A DNA stretch of 46,509 nucleotides from NCBI GenBank assembly GCA_013265495.1, contig MU058066.1, positions 1 to 46,509 of the forward strand, read 5' to 3'. A model generated the notes under the pieces. That model searched no databases. It had not been told where the DNA came from and saw only the letters and a program-made list of their open reading frames with translations. Position 1 is the first letter of the stretch. Every line of letters begins with the position of its first letter. A program made the position numbers and the translations under genes. Origin of the DNA: Vicugna vicugna. Its lineage: Eukaryota. Shown piece by piece: positions 12,811-25,200 of the stretch.

Positions 12811-13264
12811 GAGAGGGGGACTTGGGAGGCAGCTCGCTTCAGTGGTAATGACGTCATGAGAGTATATATTCTCACCTGGGGACTTTGCAGAACGAAATCA
12901 GCAGCATTCCTTGAACAACCTACGAGGGACATCACATTATCCAATCAGGCAGAGAAGGGAGAGCAGCCAGAGGACAGGATGAAAACCAGGTGGTGGTTTG
13001 CTACCTGGAAACCAAGGAGAGAGAGCTTTTAAAGCAGAAGAGGAGGACTTGGGAGGCAGCTCGCTTCAGTGGTAATGACGTCATGAGAGTATATATTCTC
13101 ACCTGGGGACTTTGCAGAACGAAATCAGCAGCATTCCTTGAACAACCTACGAGGGACATCACATTATCCAATCAGGCAGAGAAGGGAGAGCAGCCAGAGG
13201 ACAGGATGAAAACCAGGTGGTGGTTTGCTACCTGGAAACCAAGGAGAGAGAGCTTTTAAAGCAG
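12811..13264. repeat. 227-bp direct tandem duplication (12811-13037 / 13038-13264) in intron 1
   Basis: GGACTTGGGAGGCAGCTCGC at 12818 and 13045. Identical translated segments in ORFs 12808..13032 and 12990..13259. Confidence 0.98.
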
Positions 13265-15620
13265 GGAGGGGAGTGGAGAAAGAATGACCATTAGCTCCCC
13301 ATGTTATAAACAGGGCACCTAAAATTACTGAGGGATAGCATGTCAGAGTGAGTTTACCAAGAACAAGCTTACTTAATTACTTTGAAAGTAAGTTAAGTGA
13401 TTATAAATGAGAGGGAACTGAGAAACAAAATTTATAGGTTCAATATTAAAGCCTGTGCTTTGAAGAAGCAAAGAAAGTTTTAAAATAGGTTGTGTAGACA
13501 GTGAGAGAAGGGGCAGGATAGTCAGGTTTCACTGAGTTTCCAGTCTTGGTCAGAGACCATGATTCTTGAAGTTGCCGCCTGGGCAGGGGTGTGGGTTTGT
13601 GCTTGTGTCATAGGTTTACTTTTAATTTTTGCAAGCAGGCAGAGAGTGCTTGCATAGTTTTTGAAAGTATATAGAGAATAAACAATTCTCTTGGTTCACA
13701 GCAGAGCACTATTTCACAAGCCTGAAACTCACCTGGAACATTGGGGAATTTTCTGAATGCAGCCTATCCCATGTAATGGCATCTAGAGTTAAAGAAGAGC
13801 ATTGCAGCCTAATAATAATTGTATTGTAAACTATCCAGAAAAACCTCAGTCAAGATGTTCTTTTTCTGGAGCTGAGAATCTTTAATTTGAAAATCCTCAT
13901 AAGAAGAAAATTCAATGTTCTGAGCAGAAGATGAATTTGATTATAAAAATGTGTGATATGAGAGTCAATCATTACAGTGTATGAAGTGTGCAGTCTACTG
14001 ATTGCCCAAGCAGATTCTAGGCTGCACATGGATGAAAGTATGTCTCTCATGATGCATTTTAGTGAAGAGAAATACTTCAAGCTAGTCGAAGGGACTAAAC
14101 TCTCCAACTGACATTTCTTTTTCCATATAGACAGAGCACTACATGTGAGAGTCATATTAGGAATTCTCTCTCCTGTGACTTCAAGATACTCACTGAAATC
14201 AAATGCATAAACAAAGAACACTTGTATAATTTAATTATAAGCATGCTGTTAGCTTGAGCTCTTTCTGGGTTATTCCGGGAAATGCTAGAATGACGTAATA
14301 CATTTGTTTCTAGTATGGAATTAGATAGCATTTCTATCCCATGTTTTTTACCCATATTAACATGAGAATGTCTGGCTCGGGGTATTCAGTAAATTTACTG
14401 CTATTAATAAAATTCAGCTCTATACTAATCTTGTTTTTAAACAATGCTTTTAATAACTACAGCTTTTTGGGTTTTGCTTTTATTTTGGGAATTTTATTGA
14501 GGAACGTTCATGTATCAAGATCAGCATAGTGGGAATGTTGAAAGCTAAATGTTGAAACAATTTCAGGCCATGATGTAAATGAAATGTTGGGTAGCATGTC
14601 AAGAGAGGAGTTTAGAATTGAGAATATGGTGTGAAAAGTGGGTAACATTTCACTTGTTTAGAGTTCTCTCTTGAGCAGTCTCTCAATCTGAAGTAAGACC
14701 AGGATCCAGGGATCAAGAAAAAAAAGATTCCTCAGGGCTCAGAGTAGGTCTATCTCCCTTCTTCTTGGGTCCTTAGCCTTAAAGGAGGGGCCTCTGCTTT
14801 CCTTTAACCCTTTAAGACTTGATGTGCCTCCATCACATTATTTTACATAAGTTTTCTAACAGATTTGTTAGGTTGTCAAGCCCACAGATAATTGAAAGGA
14901 AGAGGAATTGCTGAAGTAGGAATGACACTCTTCTAGGGAGGAACTTCTCCTCCCCCCAAAAAATACCCCAGAATAAAACATTCTAAAAGCATAGCAATAT
15001 AGTAGCTTTCCTCTCAGGATCTATTAGGTAAACAGCCCAACTGCTACTTCAGGGAAATGCATGATCTAATGATCAGTGAAGGAAAATTGAATTATATTTA
15101 CAGCAATGCCAAGAAAGCAATTTTTAAATGTAAGTCTATTCAAAGTAGTAAGTTTTTATATTTAAATGGCATCTATTCATCCATAAAACTCTTTAATTCA
15201 TGAATATGAAGTATATGAAAGTCATATATTGAAATACTTAGTCCACACCTATTTTGATCAATGAAACCCACAATGCTTAGTTAATAATCAACTCTTACCA
15301 TAGCATTTCTTGAGAACCCACTGCATACAGAGATTTCAAGATAGTAATAGTGACAGGTGATCATATGCTTGTGTTTCAAACGATGGAAGGATAATCTGAG
15401 CAGAGTGCTATGTACTTAGGAGACTTCTCAGAGGAGAGGGGAGGTTTCAAATGAATTTAGAAAAAAGTGGGGAAGGATTCATATATATATTCGTTATTCA
15501 TATATATATATAAAATAACAAATACATTGGTGTTTGTCTCTTTCCATTTACTGTTGAGTGTAAATTTAGCTTACTCTTCAACAAATCAGAAAGTAATAAA
15601 ATGTTATTTAAAGTAAGCAA

Positions 15621-15951
15621 GGATTGGGCTGTTTGTTTTTTTATGTGTTGTATGAGATGTTTATATATTCTGAAAATTAAGCTCTTGTCAGTCTCACCTT
15701 TTGCAAATATTTTCTCTGATTCCATAGGTTTTTGTTTTACTTATGCTTTCCTTTGCTGTGCAAAAGCTTATAAGCTTAATTAGGTCCCATTTGTTTACAT
15801 TTGCTTTTTTTTCTATTGCCTGGGTAGACTGCCCTAGGAGAACTTTACTGAGATTTATGTCAGATAATGTTTTTCCTATGTTTTGTTCGAAGAGGTTTAT
15901 AGTGTCTTGTCTTATATGTAAGTCTTTAAGCCATTTTGAGTTTATTTTTGT
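15621..15951 (-). mobile_element. Internal L1 ORF2 fragment lacking 3'UTR and polyA
   Basis: Highly similar to ~25330-25665 of the younger L1 in this window (TTTGCTGTGCAAAAGCTTATAAG...AGTCTTTAAGCCATTTTGAGTTTATTTTTG). Confidence 0.9.
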
Positions 15952-16230
15952 AATTTGTTGTTTTCTGCTTTCTCTAGAGATTTTTACACATTTTAAGGTC
16001 TGTTTTCTGCTACAACAATGATGATTTTCTTATGCAAAACTAGATTTTAGATATCAATACATTTATTTTTCAAGCTGTGAGAAAGCTCCAGGGAATCTTT
16101 TCTTGATGATTGGTTGCTGTTTTAAGTTTGGCCTCATAATAGTTAAAGTAATATTTCATCATTAGAATTTTGATCTTGATTTAAATGTTTGAAACTGGTA
16201 TTAAAAATGAATTTGAAATTTTTCTTTTAG

Positions 16231-16330
16231 AATCATCATGTTTAAGGCCAGAAATAAAAAATGGTGATGTATTCCCCCGGGGTGTATCATTTTCGTTGGG
16301 AACAGAGATTCACATTTATTGTAAAAAGGG
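16231..16330 (+). CDS. CD46: CD46-like exon, first half of CCP2: (E)SSCLRPEIKNGDVFPRGVSFSLGTEIHIYCKKG
   Basis: TTTCTTTTAG acceptor, GG|GTAAGT phase-2 donor, 100 nt, C..P.I.NG...F..G.....C..G sushi motif. Confidence 0.93.
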
Positions 16331-16689
16331 GTAAGTAAATTGCTCCTTAGATGAAATAAGTTAAATGTTATGATTTCTTTGCTTCTCAGCTAAAAGCTGA
16401 TTTCATTTTACTTTCTAGGAGACAAGATATTCTTGTAGCCAGACAGCTCTGGGGCTTTTTAAGGAGACTGAAAAGATGTGTAATTAATAGAAATTTAAAT
16501 TGAAGAAAAGTGAAATTGTATACTTACTATATGTAGTATTAAGCCTATTGAAAGCATCAAAACTGTAGTAATCATGGTGACTTTATCCTTAACCACAAAG
16601 TGCATCCTATTTAAAATGGCCAACTCTCAAAGCTGAAGGAGGACTCACCAAATGTTGCATTGTAGAAGTTCTCTATTTCCTTACTTATC

Positions 16690-19385
16690 TTCTGTCTGGT
16701 TATTCTATTCATTTTTGTTAGTGGGGTATTGAACTTTCCAACGGTTATTATAGAAATATTTATTGGGTACATATATGTATTTCTTCCTTCAGTTTTTTTA
16801 GCTTTTGCCTTGTATATTCTGATGGTCTGTCATTAGGTGCACAAACGTTTATAACTGTTCTACCTTATTGAAGTATTAAACCTTTTATGATTATAATATA
16901 ACGTCCTTTGTCTATTGTAACCTTTCTTCATTTAAAGTCTTTTCTGTCTGATATTAGTATAGCCAACCCTGCTTACTTTTGGCTTCTATTTGCATGGAAT
17001 ATCCTTTAACTTTCAGCCTGTTTGTGTATGTGGATGTACTGTCTCTTACACACAGCACATAGCTGGATCACGAGTTTTTATCCATTTTTGCCAACCTCTG
17101 TCTTTTGGTTAGAATATTTAACTCATTTAAACTTGAAGTAATTACTGATAATGGGGGACTCACATCTGTAATTGTGCTGTTTGTTTTCTACATGCTTTAT
17201 ATCTTCTTTTGGCCCCTCATTTCGTGCTATACTGTCTTCCTTATGTTTAGTTGACTTTTTATAGTGAAATGTTAAATTCCTCTCTCATTTCTTTTGCGTA
17301 TATTCTATGGCTGTTGTCCTTGTGGTTACCATGGAAATTACATTTAACATCGTAAAATTATAACATTCTAATTTGAATTTATATCAGCTTAACTTAATAA
17401 CATAAAAAAACTCTGCTACTTCAGTTATGTTTTCTATATAATATATATCATATGAATAATATATAACAAGATTTGGAGTTTAAAACAAAAGTTAAATTCT
17501 TGTTTTTACACTAATAATTGTTTTTTGTTTCTTTAAATGCATTAGTCTCTTAAGTTATGAAGAAAACAAAAATTTCAGTTACAAACTATTTTTATGATAC
17601 TACCTTTATAATTGCCCATGTATTTACCTTTAGTGAGATGTTTATTTCTTCATATGGCTCAAAGTTACTTTCTGGTATCCTTTCATATCACCTTGGACAT
17701 TTCTTGTAGAGGAGGTCTACTGGTCAAGAACTCCCTCAGATTTTGTTTATCTGGAAGTATCTTAATTTCTCCTTCACTTTTGAGGGACAGTTTGCTGGAC
17801 AGAGGATTTTGAGTTGATTTTTTTTTCTTTTAGCACTTTGAATATATTGTCCCACAGTCTTCTGGCCTTCAAAGTTTCTGCTGAGAAATCTGCTTATAAT
17901 CTTATTGAGGATCCTTGCATGTGATAATTCACTTTTCTCTTCCTGTTTTCAAGAGTGTCCTTTATTCTCTGTCTTTTGAAAGTTTGATTATGATGTATCT
18001 CAGTGTGGGCCTCTTTGAGTTCATTTTACCTGGAGGTTGTTGAGCTTCTACGTTGCTTGTATTTATGTCTTTCATAAAATCTGTGAAGCTGTCCCCCATT
18101 AGTTTTTTTCCGAATATTCTCTTTGCCCCTTTCTCTCTCTTCTCCCTCTGAGACTCCCTCAGTGTGTATATTGCTCCACTTGCAGTGTCCCATAGGTCCT
18201 TTAGACTCTGCTCACTTTTCTTCACTCTTTTTCCTTTCTGTTCCTCAGACTCAACAATTTCCATCATTCTATATTCATGTTCATTGATTCTTCCTTTTGC
18301 CTGCTCAAATTTGCCTTTAATCCTCTATTGAACTTTTCAGAGAGTGTATTGTAATTTTTGAGCTCCAGAATCTCTTTTCTTTTTTTTTTCACTTTTCTGT
18401 CTCTTAATGATATTTCCATTTTGTTCATAAATCATTTTCTTAACTTTCTCCACTTCTTCCATAGTTCTTTGAGCATCTTTAAGATGGTTATTTTGAAGTC
18501 TTTGTCTAATCTATCTGCCATCAAACATTTTTCAGGAACAGTTTCTGTAGTTGTTGTTCTTGTTGTTGCTTTTCTCTTGAGTGGGCCATATACTTTCCTG
18601 TGTCTTTGTATGCCTGGTGATTTTTTATGGAATGCTGGACATTAGTAACTAATAACGTGATAACTCTGGAAATCCAATTTTCCCCCTTCTCTAGGCATTG
18701 CATTTTTGTTATTGTTTTCTGTTTTTAATTGTGATAGAATGTTCCTGTACCAAGGATCAGCCTGAGGTGTAAACTGAAGGTCTTCTCAGGATGTTTCTGA
18801 AGCTTTCCCTGAACATGGACACTCACTTGCTGATTTTCCCTACATAGGCAGTTGTTTTTGAATGCTCTAGTATTTAATGCCTAGCTTCTAAGAGGGGAAC
18901 CATGAAAAATGAAGTGGGAAGTAAAGAGTGTTAGAACTTTAAATCCCATGTTAGTCACTGTAGCTAACAAGAAAGGGGTTTGCAAGACTGGGGGAGGTGT
19001 GACAACAATGGCTGCCCACTTCTTTGTCTGTGACCAGAAACAGCATTCAGCAATCAGAGCACAGATTCTTGGTACTTGGAGGATAGGATCCTTTACAGCT
19101 ATCCTAACTCCTGCAACCCACGTGTACACTGCTTCAGAAACCTATGCAGAGCTGCCTGCCACACTGCTGAGGGTGGGGACGGAGCTACTATTTTCCAAAG
19201 AGCTGACAATGACTGACATTAATGCAATTTACCTGCCCGAGCTTTCCCCTGGAATTTGCAAGCCCTCAACAGACTCCAGAGTTCCAAAATAGTGACATCA
19301 GGCATATTCTGACATTGCAATTACTGTCTAGTTATGGAGACAGATCCTTAGTGCTTCCAACTCTGCCACTTTCCCTAAAGTCTCT
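16690..19385 (-). mobile_element. Old L1 (5' region, ORF1 and start of ORF2), degenerate
   Basis: Minus ORF 17962..18267 ESEEQKGKRVKKSEQSLKDLWDT...KRPTLRYIIIKLSK resembles L1 ORF1p. Boundaries approximate. Confidence 0.8.
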
Positions 19386-19799
19386 CCTAAAACACTGCAA
19401 TTCATAAAATGAGTGAGCCTTGACAAAAGTCAACTGGAACCATGTACAAGCAGTTTTGCTGACTATATTTTAATTGATCAAGTAAAAATATTAAATCATC
19501 CTCTCCATATTTATATGAGAGAGCCTACTGGGCACTTTGAGGGGCACCAACAGTTCAAGTCATAGACTCTCTTCAAAAAAAGTTGTAGCCTATTCAGAAA
19601 CACAGTATATGCTAATGCAATATATTAAAGTAAAATTGTAAGTAAGAAGTGACAAAAACATAGAACTATTTAGGATCATTACAATGAGAGTCCAGAAGGA
19701 GGAGAGAGTTCTGTGAATTTAAATCATCAGAGAAGATTTCATCAAGTAGTGTCCGGAGCTATTTATTCCTAGAAAGATATTCTGATCTAAAGAGTGTAA

Positions 19800-20012
19800 T
19801 AAGAGCTAAAACTCACCTAGCACTCACTATGTCAGATGCTAACTCATCTAATTCTCAAAACAACCCATGACGTGTATACTATTATCCTTTTTATATAGAT
19901 GAGGAAACTGAGCAAGAGAAACATTAAGAGACTTGCCCAAGCTCAAATAACAAGTCAGTCTTAGAGCTGGGATTTAAATGCAGACAGGCAAGTTCTAGAG
20001 CCTGGTCTCTCT
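19800..20012 (-). mobile_element. MIR SINE
   Basis: ATAGATGAGGAAACTGAG...GACTTGCCCAAG...AGAGCTGGGATTTAAA core. Confidence 0.85.
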
Positions 20013-20342
20013 TCTCAATAAGTACTGAGCAGAGTGGTGTGAGCAAAAGCATAGAAGTGAATGTGTGATGCATTTGCCGGAGATAGCAAAGGGGGCCACA
20101 TTGACAGGCATGACAGAGTAATTTAAACATTTTACTCTGGGCCAATGTGTGTTCACATGCAGAAACTCTTTATTTGATTAAAATGGAAGATTTGGTTAGC
20201 ACTTCCATATATTGTGTCTTTTAAGGAACATCTCCCTCAAACTACTGTGTTGCAGAAACACAGCCATATAAAAATGTTCTTCTTTATTATGGGCGTTGTG
20301 TTAACTGGTAAAGAAACAGTAACCTCTTCTTTTTTCATTTAG

Positions 20343-20428
20343 TTATTACTTAAAAGGAATAGAAGCTCTAACTTGTATTGCTGTTGGAGATAATATACAG
20401 TGGAATTACAAGTACCCAATATGTGAAA
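20343..20428 (+). CDS. CD46: CD46-like exon, second half of CCP2: (G)YYLKGIEALTCIAVGDNIQWNYKYPICE
   Basis: Polypyrimidine-TAG acceptor, A|GTAAGT donor, 86 nt as in CD46 exon 4, GYYL.G....C.......W....P.CE motif. Confidence 0.95.
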
Positions 20429-20457
20429 GTAAGTAAATTCTCACTTTAGAATTTAGA

Positions 20458-20875
20458 GCAGGAATTTTCAAACTTTTTGGCCTCAGGACATGGTTTATGC
20501 TTTTAAATCAACAGTAGTCCCAAAGAGCTTTTTTTTATGTGGGTTATGTTTATTGGTATGCATTATATTGGACTTAAAACAAAAGTTTTTTAAATAGTTT
20601 ATTAATTCGGTTTTAAAAACAGTAAGCTCAATGTATGTTATCATATACAACATACTTTTATGAAATAATCAAAATTTTCTAAGACAAACAATGAGAATAG
20701 TGGCAGCGTATTACATTTTTGCAAATCTCTTCAATATCTGGCTTAAAGTAAAACATCTGGATTCAGTCTGTTGAAAAAAATCATATAATTTGTACATTCT
20801 GGAAAATTTTAGCATACACTTATAAGGATAACAGCGAAAAAGACAATATCTCAGTATTATTGTGAACCACTGTAG
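20458..20875. mobile_element. hAT-type DNA transposon relic (family not certain)
   Basis: Begins CAGGAATTTTCAAACTTTTTGGCCTCAGGAC...CCCAAAGAGCTTTT...ATGTGGGTTAT, resembling the end of ancient hAT elements as I recall them. Confidence 0.5.
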
Positions 20876-21034
20876 TAAATGGATACATTTATAAAACATA
20901 AAGTACTTCTCAACTAGCAATGATTTTTATTTTTAACCATAAACATATTTTCCCATTAAATTTCCATCTCTTATAATGACTAGAACAAAACTTAGCATGC
21001 TCTTATAGATAAATACAGGTATTTCATATAGGTT

Positions 21035-21255
21035 CTTCTTTTTTCTTTATTCAAGTATGGTCAGTTGCAATGTGTCAGTTTCTGATGTACAGCATAATGT
21101 TTCAGTCATACATGTACATAAATATTTTTATTTTCATCTTCTTTCTTGTTACAGGTTACGAGATATTGAATATAAGTCCCTGTGCTATACAGTAGAACCT
21201 TGCTGTTTATCTAGTAGCTAATATTCGCAATTCTCAAATCCTAATTTATCCTCCT
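21035..21255 (-). mobile_element. Short L1 3'UTR insertion
   Basis: GTACAGCATAATGTTTCAGTCATACAT...CCCTGTGCTATACAG, the same family as 11290-11662 and 24384-24660. Confidence 0.8.
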
Positions 21256-21499
21256 ATAGATACTTTATATAGGTATTTAAGAAAATGAGTTTTGTTCTTG
21301 AAAGTTCATTGCTACATGATTTGAATTTGGGATAATACATTTTCTCATGGCAACTTCTAAATGGATACTGGATTCACAGCTAACTTCTAGAAATCATATC
21401 CGAAAGAATTTATTGTAGGTAGTTTATAGGACTTTACTAATGCTGTCTTAATCATTCACCTTCCTTTGCCTTTATTTCCCCTTTTTTTTCCTTTTTAAG

Positions 21500-21697
21500 A
21501 GATTTCATGTGGACTGCCTTCAAACATAAAAAATGGAAAATATACCAATAGCTCCAAGAATGTATTTCACTATAAAGAATAAGTGACTTATAGTTGTAAT
21601 CTGTTAAATAGACCAGATCAATATTCACTTGTTGGAGAGAGCGAGCTTACTTGTTCTGCACATGGCAATTGGAGCAGTGAAGCTTCTAAGTGTAAAT
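21500..21697 (+). pseudogene. CD46: CD46-like CCP3 exon with in-frame stop: KISCGLPSNIKNGKYTNSSKNVFHYKE*VTYSCNLLNRPDQYSLVGESELTCSAHGNWSSEASKCK
   Basis: 198 nt, phase 1-1, all four Cys and the Trp present. TAA at 21580-21582. The donor is a weak T|GTAATA. Confidence 0.95.
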
Positions 21698-22214
21698 GTA
21701 ATACTTCCATATGTTTCCTTCTTCATTTCTAAATACTGTGAAACACTTTGTAAATAGTTTTACCTATAAGCACACAAAACAGTCATTTGTGATTCCTCCT
21801 CCTGTTAACTTGACTTCTAATTTAATTTAGGCCAAATCTAATGGGAAATATTTCTAGCTGTAGGGTTTCCCAGCCCTTACCCCCGATGTTCTTGGCATTC
21901 CAGTTTACACATTGTGTACTACTGTGTGTGTATATATATTATATATATATATATAAAATATATATATGAGTTACAATTATTTTTCTTAAAAAAAATAACT
22001 CAACACACAGTACCTGAAAATAAGAAAGATTTTTCTTATATTTCAAAACATCTGAAAGCTCTGGCTACAAATAATGATGGAATAAATTTTAAAAGACTAA
22101 CTCTCTCATTGATAAGAATGATAAACTCTGGACAAAATATATTTTAAAAACAATATTTAAAGCACTAGAGACTGAAATAAAGTAGGGAGATGCTAGAGGG
22201 AATTTGATTCTCAA

Positions 22215-25200
22215 GAGAAAACAACCACTGAATAACAGGAAAATACTCTTTCTAAGTATATATGGAACATTCTCTAAGGTAGACGGTAAGGTTATTTTTA
22301 ACAAATTCCAGAGGGTTGAAATCATTCTGAGTGCATTATCTGATCACAATCGAATGAATGTAGAATTAAAACAGAGATAATCTAGAAAATTCCCAAATAT
22401 TTTAAAATTATGCAAGACACTTCTAACTAACCCATGAGTCAAAGATGAAGTAACGAGGACATTAGAAAGTGCTTTGAGCTAAATAAAAATGAAAACACAA
22501 CATATCAAAATATTAAAATTTATGTGATACAACAAAAGCATTGCTTAAAGGGAAATTTATATCATAAAATACTTATGTTAGAAAAAATAAAAGTCTCAAA
22601 TCAATATTCTAAGCTTCCACCTTAAGAAACTAAAAAAAAATTAAAAATAAAAAAGCAAACAAACACAAAACAAGAAGAAATAAAATGATTATAAAGATAG
22701 ATAGAAATCAATGAAATTGTAAAGAGAAAGTAACAGAGAAAACCAATGAAAACAACCCTAGTTCTTGGAGCACATCAATGTAATAGATAAAGCTACAGCT
22801 GGGCTGACAAAAAAGGAAAAGACATTTAATAAATCAGAGAAAGACAAAAATCTGTGTGTTATCACTTATACGTGGAATCTAAAAAGTACAACAAACTAGT
22901 AAATATAACAAAAAAGAAGCAGACTCACAGATATAGTGGTTACCAATGGAATAGGGGTGAAGGGGAAAGACAGGGGTGGGGAAGTTGGAGGTACAAACTG
23001 TTGTGTGTAAGACAGGCTACAAGGATGTGTTGTACAACATGGGAGTATAGCAAATATTTTGCAATAACTGTAAATGGAGTGTAACCTTTAAAAATGTATA
23101 AAAATTAAAAATGAATGAGTTTTTCCAAAAAAGAATGAAAAAGAGAACAACACTAAATATTCTTCAGAATTTAAGGGGATAATAAGGGAATAGTACACAA
23201 ACAACCTTATGTCTATAAATTTGACAACTTACGTGAAATTGACAAATTCCTTGAAAGATAAAAAGTACCAAAATAACTTCACACAAAGATACAGGTAACC
23301 TGAATAGTCCTATATCTATTAAGGACATATAGTGTGTTGTTAAAAACCTTCCCACAGTGACAACTGAGGCCCTGATGGATTCCTTGGGGAATTGTACCAA
23401 ACATCGCAGAAATAAGTAATAGCACCTCTACACAAACTCTTCAAGAAATGTAAGATTTCATGAGAACATTACCCTGATACCTAACTCAGACAAAAACATT
23501 GACAGAAAATTATAAACAATATCCTTAATGAATATAGAACTTCTTAACAAAATATCAACGAACCAAATCCTGCCATATATAAAGATAAAAATGCATCATA
23601 AACAAATAAATTTATTCCATAAATGCAAGATTGGTCAAATTAAAAAAATTAATCAGTATTATTTACCATATCAAGAGAGTATAAAGAAAAAATTAATATG
23701 ATCATCTCAATAAAGGCAAAAAAAAGAGCAACTGGCAGAATTCATCATCTTTTCATTATAAAACTTATTGGCAAACTAGAAATAGAAGGAAACTAGCTGT
23801 CTCAACCTGATGAAAGGAATATCAGAAATCTCACAACCAACATTATACTTAAAGGTAAAAGACTAATTTCTTTCCCCTTCAAGGTAAGAAGAAGTGTATC
23901 TATACTCACCACTCTGTTCAATATTGTACTGGAGGTCCCACCCACTCTGGTAAGACAAGAGAAAGAAAAAGGCATACGTATGTTGGAAAGAAAGATAAAA
24001 TAGTTTCTATTCATTTATGACATGATTGTCTACAAAGAAAATTCTGCATACTGAAGTTTTAGCAAAGTTGCAAAATATAAGATCAGCATACAGAAATCAA
24101 TTTAATGCCTATATACTAGTAACAATTCATTACAAATTGAAAATCTTTAAAGTACTATTTATAACCCCAAAGCATGAAATAGCTGCATCTAAATCTAACA
24201 TGTGAAAGATTTAAATAGTAAGAAAGTATTAAACACTAATAAAAGAAATTAAACAAGATCTTAATAAATAAAAAGATATTCATTGGCCATGAAAAGGAGA
24301 TTCAAAATAATAAAAATGTAAATTCTTTGTAATTAATCTATAAATTCAACACAATCCCAATAACAATCCGAGTAGAGCTTTTTTTATTGACGTATAGTCA
24401 GTTAAAATTGTCAATTCTCATGTACATTATAATGTTTCAGTCATACATATATATACATGTATTTGCTTTCATATTCCTTTTCCTTATAGTTGACTACAAG
24501 ATATTGAATATGGTTCCCTTTGCTATACAGAAGAAATTTGGGTTTTTTAATTCTGTTTATATGTAGTAGTTAGTATTTGCAAATCTCAAACCCCCAGTTC
24601 ATCCCTTCCCACCATCTTTCCCCCCCAGGTAATCATAAGTTTGTTTATTATGCCTGTGAGTCTCTTTCTCTTTGGTAGACAAGTTCGTTAGTGTCTTCTT
24701 TCTTTCTTTTTTTCTTTTTTTTNNNNNNNNNNNNNNNNNNNNNNNNNNNNNNNNNNNNNNNNNNNNNNNNNNNNNNNNNNNNNNNNNNNNNNNNNNNGAT
24801 CTCCAGACCATGTTACTACAAATGACATTGTTTTATTCTTTTTCATTGCTGAGTAGTATTTCATTGTATAAATACACCACAGCTTCTTTATCTAGTTATC
24901 TGTCAATGGACATTTTTGTTTCCATGTCTTCACTATTGTATATAGTGCTGCTGTGAACATTGGGATGCATGTACACTTTTTTAATTTGAGTTCCCTCCTG
25001 ATACATACCCAGGAGTGGGATTTCTGGGTCATATGATAAGTCTATTTTCAGTCTTTTGAGGACTCTCCATACTATTTTTCTTAATGGCTGCATTACACTA
25101 CATTTCCCCCAACAGTGTAGGAGGGTTCCCTTTTCTCTACAACCTCTCCAGCATTTATTGTTTGTGGACTTTTTAATGATGGCCATTCTGACCAGTGTGA

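Noticed and set aside
15424..15612. Diverged CCP1 exon ending at the GTAAGC at 15613
   Set aside because: The phase-1 frame has a TAA immediately before the donor, there is no Cys/Trp pattern, and the stretch contains TA repeats.
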